A stretch of DNA of 46,037 nucleotides from the IMG/VR virus record IMGVR_UViG_3300045988_153867; one strand, written 5' to 3'. The position numbers were made by a program, and so were the translations under genes. Origin of the DNA: a virus. Positions 27,314 through 35,151 of this stretch are shown piece after piece. A model generated the notes under the pieces. The model saw only the letters and a program-made list of their open reading frames with translations, searched no databases and had not been told where the DNA came from. Each line of letters begins with the position of its first letter. Position 1 is the stretch's first letter.

Positions 27314-27883
27314 CTATATTCCTTTTGCACTACCGGTAAAACCTATAGCAGAAGTTTGACCTTTTGAATTTATTCCAAAAAATAATGCCCAAATCGGATT
27401 ATATTTATTATGATAGGCATACCAATAGGATACAATGCCATTATATTCTGCTTTAGTGTTTTTAATAATGGTTCCCGGAGTTCCATATTTAGAAACAATT
27501 AAATTTTCTGAAGAACCGATTGATATTCCTCTTATAGTTGATACGTTGGGCTTAGTGCAAATAATTTTATATATTTTACCAGAGTCATCTTTGTTTATAG
27601 TTGGCTTATCATTATAATTTAAAGTTATAATACCATTTTCAAATAATATAGTTGCTTCGCTACTTCTGGCAACACCGTCACTATAAATATAATTTTCTGT
27701 TAGAATTTCGCCTAAAATGCGTGAAGCATCGTTAATAGTGGTATATTTTTCTGCTTGTAACGGCCCGCAATTGATTAGAAATAAGTCATCTACATTGGTG
27801 CTACCAGCAGCAATAACTTTGGCAGATAAATTGAAAACAGATAAAAAGATAAAAGCAAAAATAACAAGTGTAATTTTTTTCAT
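27314..27883 (-). CDS. Secreted protein of unknown function (moron)
   Basis: Signal peptide MKKITLVIFAFIFLSVFNLSAKV. GGAAGGAG RBS is present. Confidence 0.6.
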   Translation of the reverse strand: MKKITLVIFAFIFLSVFNLSAKVIAAGSTNVDDLFLINCGPLQAEKYTTINDASRILGEILTENYIYSDGVARSSEATILFENGIITLNYNDKPTINKDDSGKIYKIICTKPNVSTIRGISIGSSENLIVSKYGTPGTIIKNTKAEYNGIVSYWYAYHNKYNPIWALFFGINSKGQTSAIGFTGSAKGI

Positions 27884-27911
27884 AAATAATGCTCCTTCCG
27901 TTTTTCACAAT

Positions 27912-27948
27912 TATATCACATTTATAGTTGATGTGATATAATATATTC
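27912..27948 (+). promoter_or_regulatory. Perfect 10-bp inverted repeat (TATATCACAT-N9-ATGTGATATA) overlapping an extended -10 (TGaTATAAT); candidate operator and promoter
   Basis: Read directly in the divergent intergenic region between 27883 and 27993. Confidence 0.5.
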
Positions 27949-27992
27949 GCAATATGCATACTTTGCTGATAATTTTTATAGGAGCGATGAAC

Positions 27993-28244
27993 ATGAGCGT
28001 AAGAGATCCTTTTTCTGGTTATGGAAGTATGAGCCTTTTTAAATCTTGGCCGTGGTTGGAGCCATATTTGTGTATAATGTTTGTTGTTTGTTTTATATAT
28101 CTTAAGTTTTTTTCAAAAGACGAAGATGAAATAATTATGATTATTTTAAAATCTCTGATTTTTCCTATAGGGATATTAGTTATGTTACCATTAATAATTT
28201 TAGGAAAAATATATTTTTTCTTTACTGGTAAAAACAAAGAATAA
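27993..28244 (+). CDS. Small membrane protein (moron)
   Basis: Two hydrophobic segments. ATG sits 8 nt after GGAG. The start codon is uncertain. Confidence 0.45.
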   Translation: MSVRDPFSGYGSMSLFKSWPWLEPYLCIMFVVCFIYLKFFSKDEDEIIMIILKSLIFPIGILVMLPLIILGKIYFFFTGKNKE

Positions 28245-28367
28245 TTTAGAATATTGCATATTTTATAAATTTATATATGATGATCCCAGTTGACAAGCAT
28301 GTTGCTATGCCAATTGGGATTTTTATATCTTTTCTTGATAATATTAGTTAAAAATATGATTCAACAC

Positions 28368-28396
28368 TTGACTTTTTGAGTACACTAAACTACAAT
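28368..28396 (+). promoter_or_regulatory. Promoter TTGACT-17-TACAAT upstream of the RHH gene
   Basis: Hexamers and 17-nt spacer counted by hand. Confidence 0.55.
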
Positions 28397-28430
28397 GATA
28401 TTATGGAACTCGAAAAGTGAGGTGAAATAA

Positions 28431-28601
28431 ATGAGTCCAAGAACTGGCAGACCAAAAACAGATAATCCCAAAGATATTGACCTGAAAGTGCGGGTTGATA
28501 AAAGCACTAACGATGCTTTAGAAAAATATTCCAAAAAAAATAACATAACTAAAGCTGAAACAGTTAGAAGAGGGATTAAGATTTTGCTGCAAAAAGAATA
28601 A
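28431..28601 (+). CDS. Ribbon-helix-helix (CopG/MetJ-like) DNA-binding protein, 56 aa
   Basis: Translated by hand as MSPRTGRPKTDNPKDIDLKVRVDKSTNDALEKYSKKNNITKAETVRRGIKILLQKE, a typical RHH pattern. GAGGTGA RBS is present. Confidence 0.65.
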   Translation: MSPRTGRPKTDNPKDIDLKVRVDKSTNDALEKYSKKNNITKAETVRRGIKILLQKE

Positions 28602-28704
28602 GGTATTGCCCTGTCCGCTAAAACAAGAGGCAATACCTTATAACACCACCCGAAAGGATGATAAATACATTATATCATTTCTTTTGGGACTTTGAAAGGA
28701 ATGT

Positions 28705-29613
28705 ATGATAATGAATTTACAAATTTTTGAAAACGATGTGTTTGGGAAAATAAGGACAGTTCAACAAGGGGACGAGATTTTATTTGTTGCTGCAGATGTT
28801 TGTCGAGCATTGGAATTAGGGCAGGTAACAAATACTATTCGTAGATTAGATGACGATGAGAAAGCCCTTATTTCCATTAAGGGCATAAACAAGGGTAATG
28901 ATAATATAAACGTCGTCAACGAATACGGCTTATACAATCTTGTACTTTCTAGCCGCAAACCTGAAGCGAAAGCGTTTAAGCGTTGGGTAACACATGATGT
29001 TATCCCGGCTATACGCAAGACTGGAAAGTATGAAGCTAGGCAGCAAACGCTTATTGATGAGCCATATAAGCCTACAGTAAAATATTGGAAAGGCGTACCG
29101 GTATTAACTAAGTTAGATATAGCTATGATCTTCAATGTTGATGCATCGTCGATTCAAAATTATATTCGCAGACCTTGGTTTATGACAGAGGGCGTAGATT
29201 TTTATTTCTTACGTGGACGTGATTTGTTTGAGTTTCGCAGAGAGAATAAGATTAAGCATGCAATCGTTGCATTGCTGGTGCTTACTGAAAGCGGAGTTAG
29301 AAAGATATACGAAGCTAGAAATCGAAAATTTACACCTGCTGAATTGTTCCCGGTAAAATCGTCGTGTGAGCCGCAAAGACCTATGCTTGTTAATGCACCT
29401 ATGAATACAGAGTTGCAGAAGAAGATAAAGGATTTAGAAGGTAAACTGATTGCTCTACATGAAGTTTTAAAGCTGTATAACTACTGTAATACGCCTGAAA
29501 AATCTCAATGTTTTGCCACAACAATAAAAGACATAGGAATTAAAATATCGTGTGATGCACTTGATATCATCAATACGAAACTCACTTTAATTCCTGCTCC
29601 TGTGGGTTATTAA
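28705..29613 (+). CDS. Bro-N domain antirepressor-like protein
   Basis: The N-terminal FENDVFGKIRTV..GDEILFVAADVCRALEL...AKAFKRWVTHDVIPAIRKTG pattern matches Bro-N. Confidence 0.8.
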   Translation: MIMNLQIFENDVFGKIRTVQQGDEILFVAADVCRALELGQVTNTIRRLDDDEKALISIKGINKGNDNINVVNEYGLYNLVLSSRKPEAKAFKRWVTHDVIPAIRKTGKYEARQQTLIDEPYKPTVKYWKGVPVLTKLDIAMIFNVDASSIQNYIRRPWFMTEGVDFYFLRGRDLFEFRRENKIKHAIVALLVLTESGVRKIYEARNRKFTPAELFPVKSSCEPQRPMLVNAPMNTELQKKIKDLEGKLIALHEVLKLYNYCNTPEKSQCFATTIKDIGIKISCDALDIINTKLTLIPAPVGY

Positions 29614-29619
29614 AAATTA

Positions 29620-29672
29620 AAAAAAGTTTCCGACAAAACGCCTATAAAACGGAGTTAAAATATTAATGTAAG
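29620..29672 (+). promoter_or_regulatory. Conserved motif AAAAAAGTTTCCGACA-N16-GAGTTAAAATAnTAnTGTAAG, copy B1
   Basis: Matches 5042..5094 with identical spacing. It starts right after the upstream stop codon, as copy A does. Confidence 0.45.
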
Positions 29673-29708
29673 GTTATTGGGTTTGATAGCGGAGACGGTT
29701 ATATTTTT

Positions 29709-29756
29709 GGCGACACTTGGCGACATATTGACATGATAAAATAGTATCATAAGTTA
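29709..29756 (+). promoter_or_regulatory. Second, shortened motif copy B2: GGCGACA GGCGACATATT...TAAAATAGTAT..TAAGT
   Basis: Shares CGACATATT and the 11-mer TAAAATAGTAT with copy A. It contains TTGACA. Confidence 0.35.
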
Positions 29757-29772
29757 GTTAGAATTTAATAGA

Positions 29773-29803
29773 AAGCGCTTACTTCGGTAGGCGCTTTTTT
29801 ATT
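29773..29803 (+). terminator. Rho-independent terminator with a cTTCGg loop, upstream of the tail-fibre block
   Basis: AGCGCTTAC-TTCG-GTAGGCGCT stem followed by TTTTTTATTT. It is a paralog of 6138..6168. Confidence 0.7.
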
Positions 29804-29884
29804 TGGAAGGAGAGGCTTATGGAAATAAAAGATAGTAACAAAGAGAAGGGGTTAAATTTATTTTAAAGATTGGAGGTATATTTT

Positions 29885-30061
29885 ATGCAAAATTTTGTTG
29901 TAATCCAAAACGGTCAAGTTATAGGTTTCGCTAATACTATTAAAGACCTGAATGAAAAACTAAATGCTCTGAAAATTGAACATAAGCAGCTAATGCCGAT
30001 CATAAAAGAAAAAGGTATGATTCCTATTATAGAACAGGAGAGAGATTATGATAGGCAATAG
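29885..30061 (+). CDS. Small hypothetical protein
   Basis: ATG sits 8 nt after GGAGG. Confidence 0.5.
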   Translation: MQNFVVIQNGQVIGFANTIKDLNEKLNALKIEHKQLMPIIKEKGMIPIIEQERDYDRQ

Positions 30062-31196
30062 CGAAAATAGGATTATCTATAATGGTAACGGTGTAGCGAC
30101 AGAGTTTGGCTATTCTTTTAAGATATTGGAAAAGACCGATATTAATGTAGTACTTGTCGATCCTGATTTAAATGAAATTGCTCTAACAAAAGACTATTTC
30201 GTTGATATGGAAAAGTCAGTTGTTTTCTATCCGGGGTATTCGCCAGGAGCAGAACCACCAGAAGCAGAGCGACCTCCAGTATTACCAGAAGGCTGGCAGC
30301 TTGTCTTATATCGTGAGGTTCCCATAACGCAGGAATCTCAATTAGATACACATTGGCCGTTTAATGTTATTGAGGCAGCATTAGATAAACTGACAATAAT
30401 TTGTCAGCAATTATGGGATGGTGCAATAAGAGCAATTCGTTTATCAGATTCAGCTCCTACAGATATTTCCACAGTGTTACCACGACCTATGCCAAACGAA
30501 GGATTTTATTGGGACAAAACTGGTAAAAAACTTGTTTCCGGACCTAATCCTAAATTTGCTATGGAGCAGGCACAGGCGAGCGCTGAATCTGCAAAGAAGT
30601 CTGAAACAGCTGCTGCAGAAAGTGCTGGATCTGCTAAGGAAGATGCAGAAAAAGCAGAAGACGCAGCAGAGCGTGCAGAAGATATTTTACTTCGTTTTGA
30701 AAGCGGGACTATAACAAAAGAGTTTACGGCATCAGATAGCAGATGGACTGAAAGTAATGGCATGTGGCGTCTTACTATAGCAATGGGGAACAGCAGACTT
30801 ATTGGCGTCTATAAGGAAGTCAAAAAACCGCAGTATGAAATGGTACTTACTGGCGTATATATGGATTCAGTAAACACTATTATCGAAGTCCCCGAAAGAT
30901 TTACAGGCATCGTTATACTGGCGTCGCTGACTAAGAAAACCGGTGACAAAGTATATATCAAAAATTTTACTGAAGAAGATTTTACAAAGGTTGGCAGCGA
31001 TTCTGTACTGACCATATCTGCCGAGGAACACCAGGCAGGGAGCAGTCCTATCATCGTCAGCTTAACAAAGACCATTGATGGTGTTAGCTATCCTTATTAT
31101 GCTAATACTGGCGTAGATAATAACGGTAACGTTGTTATAAATGTGAGCGAAGCGTTCACAGGAAAAATAATTTTGGATGGAGGTTATTTACAATGA
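30048..31196 (+). CDS. Tail fibre protein with a T7 gp17-like N-terminal tail-attachment domain
   Basis: The N-terminal YNGNGVATEFGYSFKI...INVVLVD...LVLYREVPITQ...EAALDKLTIICQQL pattern fits. Two C-terminal domains of about 75 aa are present. Confidence 0.65.
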   Translation: MIGNSENRIIYNGNGVATEFGYSFKILEKTDINVVLVDPDLNEIALTKDYFVDMEKSVVFYPGYSPGAEPPEAERPPVLPEGWQLVLYREVPITQESQLDTHWPFNVIEAALDKLTIICQQLWDGAIRAIRLSDSAPTDISTVLPRPMPNEGFYWDKTGKKLVSGPNPKFAMEQAQASAESAKKSETAAAESAGSAKEDAEKAEDAAERAEDILLRFESGTITKEFTASDSRWTESNGMWRLTIAMGNSRLIGVYKEVKKPQYEMVLTGVYMDSVNTIIEVPERFTGIVILASLTKKTGDKVYIKNFTEEDFTKVGSDSVLTISAEEHQAGSSPIIVSLTKTIDGVSYPYYANTGVDNNGNVVINVSEAFTGKIILDGGYLQ

Positions 31197-32116
31197 CTGT
31201 AGAAAAAATTGGAACTGGAACGCAGCGTGAAAGAGATGCTGCGATAAACGCTAATTTTGAAGCGTTAGATACTGGTAAGCTTGATAAAACAGAAACTGCT
31301 GCTGACAGTAGTAAATTAGGTGGAGTAGCTGCTGCCAATTACGCAACTACTACTGCTATGACCAGTGCTATTGAAGAGGCAAAGACTGCAGTAAAAGATG
31401 AACTGATTGATGGTGCTCCTGCTACTTATGATACGCTAAAAGAAATTGCGGATTACATTGCAGAAGATAAAACTGGTGCAGCAGCTATGAATGAAGCTAT
31501 AGCAAACAAACTTGGAAAGACAGAAACTGCGGCAGCGGCTGCTAAGTTGACTACTTCTGCTGGCTCAGCAACACAACCGGTATTCTTTTCTAATGGCGTT
31601 CCTGTAGCTACGACATATTCTCTTGGTAAATCAGTACCGGCTAACGCATTATTTACCGATACTACTTATTCTGTAGCTACCACTACCGCAAACGGCTTAA
31701 TGGCTTCTGCAGATAAAACCAAGTTAGACGGTATTGCAGCTGACGCAAATAACTACAAACTTCCTGCTGCTACGGCAATCGCATTAGGTGGTGTAAAAAT
31801 CGGTTCTAACATTACTAATACAGACGGCACAATTAGTTTAACTAAAGCTAATGTTACGGCGGCGTTAGGTTACACTCCACCTTCTTCCGCTGCTACAGTA
31901 CTCAAAACTGAATTTACAGCAAGCAGTGCTAACTGGGGAACATTATCAGACGGCTATTATCCATTTACTTTAGCGGCGTCAGGAAAACACTTCCTCGGCA
32001 TGTATAGAACTAACGGCAGTACATATGAGAGTGTTATGGTTGACGCCGTTGAAAGTGGCAGTAATATTATAATTCAAAGTACGGAAAAGTTTGCCGGCTT
32101 TATTCTGACGATTTGA
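31193..32116 (+). CDS. Tail fibre protein 2
   Basis: Ala/Thr-rich with repeated KL(D/G)KTETAA..KL motifs. The C-terminal domain is homologous to those of the upstream fibre. Confidence 0.65.
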   Translation: MTVEKIGTGTQRERDAAINANFEALDTGKLDKTETAADSSKLGGVAAANYATTTAMTSAIEEAKTAVKDELIDGAPATYDTLKEIADYIAEDKTGAAAMNEAIANKLGKTETAAAAAKLTTSAGSATQPVFFSNGVPVATTYSLGKSVPANALFTDTTYSVATTTANGLMASADKTKLDGIAADANNYKLPAATAIALGGVKIGSNITNTDGTISLTKANVTAALGYTPPSSAATVLKTEFTASSANWGTLSDGYYPFTLAASGKHFLGMYRTNGSTYESVMVDAVESGSNIIIQSTEKFAGFILTI

Positions 32117-32127
32117 GGTGAGGAAAA

Positions 32128-32694
32128 ATGGGACTTGAGGGATTAGTAACAGTTGAAAAAATAAGAGCTGCAATCAATGCATCACTATCAGGTCTGAGTA
32201 ACTCTGATGCAACGATTACTATAACAAAGAATGATGGTACAACTAGTACTATTACCATTAACAATGTAGCTAATGCGACTACTGCAACAAAACTCGGAAG
32301 CAGCACTGTAGGCAGTGGTGTAAAGGCAATTTATCTTAATGCAGGTACGGCAACTGCGAGTAATAGTACTGTGGGGAACAGCAACACGCCGGTGTATCTG
32401 AATAACGGAACTTTTACAGCTTGTAGCTCAAGCATAGGTTCTGGTTGGACTGTTTCAAATGGGACAGCAGGTTGGGCACGAGAAAATACCACTGGCTTCA
32501 CCATCCAGTGGGGCGATACAACTACCTTTCCTCGCACTTTTACAACAGCGTTTCAGGTTGTAATGCAAGCTGATAACAATAAAGGTGAACCATTATATAA
32601 GAACCAAGTAACTGTAACATCTATCTATAACAATGGTTTCACCATTGGATCACCAGGACAAGGACAAAGGTATGTAGCGTTTGGCATAAGTTAA
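32128..32694 (+). CDS. Tail fibre tip / receptor-binding protein (currently expressed variant)
   Basis: The C-terminal GFTIQWG...FPRTF...YVAFG pattern is typical of fibre tip domains. It contains the left inverted repeat. Confidence 0.65.
   Translation: MGLEGLVTVEKIRAAINASLSGLSNSDATITITKNDGTTSTITINNVANATTATKLGSSTVGSGVKAIYLNAGTATASNSTVGNSNTPVYLNNGTFTACSSSIGSGWTVSNGTAGWARENTTGFTIQWGDTTTFPRTFTTAFQVVMQADNNKGEPLYKNQVTVTSIYNNGFTIGSPGQGQRYVAFGIS
32481..32511 (+). repeat. Left 31-bp inverted repeat (IR-L) inside the fibre-tip gene
   Basis: AGAAAATACCACTGGCTTCACCATCCAGTGG. Its exact reverse complement is at 32907..32937. Confidence 0.95.
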
Positions 32695-32936
32695 GTCAAG
32701 CCACAAGCATAAAGCCTACAAGGCTGTGAACCGCTCCAGCGATCATCATTGTAACCATTACATAGGCAAAAACTAATACTGGTATTACTAACACCTGTAA
32801 CAAATGTTTCGCAGTTGCTGGACGCTATAACATTTGCATAATACAAAGTTGAAAAACTTCTAGGATAAGTAATGCTTCTATATGTAGCATCAGTATTCCC
32901 TACCCACCACTGGATGGTGAAGCCAGTGGTATTTTC
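32691..32936 (-). other. Start-less alternative fibre-tip C-terminal cassette (silent in this orientation)
   Basis: 82 codons are open on the minus strand, in phase with the IR, with no start codon. It ends in a TAA that overlaps the + strand stop within TTAA. Confidence 0.7.
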
Positions 32937-32937
32937 T
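32907..32937 (-). repeat. Right 31-bp inverted repeat (IR-R)
   Basis: Exact reverse complement of 32481..32511. Confidence 0.95.
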
Positions 32938-32954
32938 ATGAAAAGGAGAACTAT

Positions 32955-33554
32955 ATGACTTACTTAATTAAATTCGATGAAACCGGTAGACGTGGGGAAA
33001 CCTATGTCGCCGAAGAAAAAACACAGGAAGAAATTACAGAACTGCTTGAAAAAGGTTTTGTACAAATTCCAGAAGAAGATTATCAGCTTATTGTCGGTAA
33101 TATTGATGGTCATGAGTATATACGTAAATCTGATGGAAGTTATAGTATATATGAACCTCCTACGCCTGACTTAGAAGAACTGAAGGCAAATAAACTGGCA
33201 GAGGTAGACGCTTGGACAGAAGGAAAAATCACCGGCGGTTTTACGTCTGAATGTAGTGGAGAACTTGTCCGTTACGACAGCGACAAGGATACACAGCTTA
33301 CAATGCAGGGTATAGCCTTGAACGTAAATACTGATCGCTTTGCTGTAGAGTATCCTGCAGGCTGCCCTGTGCGTGGTTACACAGATGGAAGTGCTGACAA
33401 AACGATATTCTATCTTACGCCGGAACAGGTGCTCGAGTGGTGCGCTGATTTATCTACCCATATAGGTACTTGTAAGCAAGCAGGATGGAGTAAACAGGCT
33501 GAAGTAAATGCAGCTCAAAGCAAAGAGGAATTGGATGCGATTATTTTAGATTAG
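32955..33554 (+). CDS. DUF4376-like fibre-associated protein (possible assembly factor)
   Basis: Positioned after the fibre genes. The KANKLAEVDAWTEGKITGGF pattern is recalled from DUF4376 proteins. Confidence 0.45.
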   Translation: MTYLIKFDETGRRGETYVAEEKTQEEITELLEKGFVQIPEEDYQLIVGNIDGHEYIRKSDGSYSIYEPPTPDLEELKANKLAEVDAWTEGKITGGFTSECSGELVRYDSDKDTQLTMQGIALNVNTDRFAVEYPAGCPVRGYTDGSADKTIFYLTPEQVLEWCADLSTHIGTCKQAGWSKQAEVNAAQSKEELDAIILD

Positions 33555-33565
33555 GCGGTGCAAAG

Positions 33566-33865
33566 ATGGTAGAAACAGTAATGGCCGCAATAACAATTTT
33601 TAGTTTTTTATTTGGTATCGCTGGCTTTGTGTTTAAGATATGGATAATTTCTCCGTTGTCAACGGCAATAGAAAATCTGCAGAAAACTGTTGATGCTTTG
33701 TTAAATACAATAAAAGAAGAACAGACCAAAGCTACAAATATGCAGATTGAGATTGCAAAAGTAGATCAGAGGGCAAGATCTGCACATAACAGGATTGATG
33801 AAGTTGGTGAACGGTTACTGTTGGTCGAAAACAAATGTAATAACTGTGCATGTAAGGATAAGTGA
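33566..33865 (+). CDS. N-terminal TM plus coiled-coil protein with a Cys-rich C-terminus (lysis-associated?)
   Basis: TM segment AAITIFSFLFGIAGFVFKIWII, a helical region, and C-terminal CNNCAC. Confidence 0.5.
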   Translation: MVETVMAAITIFSFLFGIAGFVFKIWIISPLSTAIENLQKTVDALLNTIKEEQTKATNMQIEIAKVDQRARSAHNRIDEVGERLLLVENKCNNCACKDK

Positions 33866-33870
33866 TATTC

Positions 33871-34203
33871 ATGTTTGAGAAAATAAAAAACTTAATAGTC
33901 AGTGCTAGAAATAAAGTAGCCTCAATGTCGCCAAAAATAATGGCGGTCATTGTAGGCTATTTTATTGCAGTCATTTTGCTGGTCTTTACTTATTATGCAG
34001 CTTGGCTTTACATGTGGCTGTGGTTAAACAAGATTGTTATGTCCGACTTGCTGGCGCTGATACGTGAGATTACAGGCCCCGCTATGGTCGCATTTGTGAC
34101 CTTTATCGCTACGAGTTTGGTCGATAAAGACGGTGATGGAGTGCCTGACAATTTAGAAAAGGAGATTGAGAGCAATGGTGACAAAAAGAATCACTTTAGA
34201 TGA
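33871..34203 (+). CDS. Holin candidate
   Basis: Two to three hydrophobic segments and a charged C-terminus. It lies immediately upstream of, and overlaps, the endolysin gene. Confidence 0.55.
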   Translation: MFEKIKNLIVSARNKVASMSPKIMAVIVGYFIAVILLVFTYYAAWLYMWLWLNKIVMSDLLALIREITGPAMVAFVTFIATSLVDKDGDGVPDNLEKEIESNGDKKNHFR

Positions 34204-34714
34204 GCTGCGACAGTTAGCTAAAAGAGCTAGAGGTAATATTGATAAGATCTATCTACACTGGTCAGCTGGTAATTATCACCAGTTTTTTAGTGACTATCAC
34301 CTAAACATTGACAGCGACGGCGCCATTATGGCGACCACAGATGATTTGACAGAATATAAAGCTCATACATGGCGGCGCAATTCTAGAGCTATTGGGATTG
34401 CTTTAGCTTGCTGTGTAGATGCTGTAGCTTATGCTGATGGTCGTGTCGATTTTGGAAATGTACCACCGACAGAGTTGCAGATAGATAGTATGGCGAAAGT
34501 TGTAGCTGTATTGTGTGAGGAGCTTGGATTGGACATTAATGCCGATACCGTAATGACGCATGCAGAAGCAGCAGACTTAGATGATTATGGCCCGGCAACG
34601 ACTTTTGAGCGTTGGGATTTATGGAAATTACCAGATATACCAGGCGACGGCGTGCTAAAGCTAGGCGGTGATGTTATTCGTGGCAAGGCTATCTGGTGGC
34701 AGCAAAACTGGTAA
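34175..34714 (+). CDS. Endolysin, N-acetylmuramoyl-L-alanine amidase (Amidase_2/PGRP type)
   Basis: IYLHWSAG...YH..ID.DG...HTWRRNSRAIGIALACC...VMTHAEAA motifs are present. Confidence 0.8.
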   Translation: MVTKRITLDELRQLAKRARGNIDKIYLHWSAGNYHQFFSDYHLNIDSDGAIMATTDDLTEYKAHTWRRNSRAIGIALACCVDAVAYADGRVDFGNVPPTELQIDSMAKVVAVLCEELGLDINADTVMTHAEAADLDDYGPATTFERWDLWKLPDIPGDGVLKLGGDVIRGKAIWWQQNW

Positions 34715-34885
34715 AAGTAGTTGTTGTAGAAAATGCAATACCTTTAATTTGAAGGTAGTTTTAAAGGTATATAGGCAATATGTTTACTGAATAAAGGTGT
34801 TAAATAGAAATGCGCTATTTTGAGTATTTTATTCGATAAAATATTCGCGAAAAACGTACAAAAATATTCGATTGAAAGGAGGCGA

Positions 34886-35017
34886 ATGGTAATGAGAAAA
34901 GTAATGACTTTTTTGAAAGAGGCGGCAATTGTAGTAAAAGAGCAGCCGGGGGTATGCTTTGCGATCCTGGTGCTGGGCTTTGCTTTGGGAGCTATGCATA
35001 GCTGGTTCGGTCTGTGA
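34886..35017 (+). CDS. Small protein with a C-terminal TM segment, 43 aa
   Basis: GGAGG RBS. Hydrophobic segment is VCFAILVLGFALGAMHSWFGL. Confidence 0.4.
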   Translation: MVMRKVMTFLKEAAIVVKEQPGVCFAILVLGFALGAMHSWFGL

Positions 35018-35151
35018 TCTCGAAATAACTTTGCTCATATTCAGCTTGTGCGCCGAGAAAGAACTGTTGCAAAAGAAAATAGTAAGGCAACGGTCTAAAA
35101 CGGCGCACGTGGCTAATATGACTGTAAAAACAGGAAAATAATATACATGGA

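Noticed and set aside
32128-32937. Diversity-generating retroelement (BPP-1-like phages use one on the fibre)
   Set aside because: No reverse transcriptase ORF exists anywhere in the genome. The repeated sequences are exact and inverted, not a template/variable pair differing at adenines.
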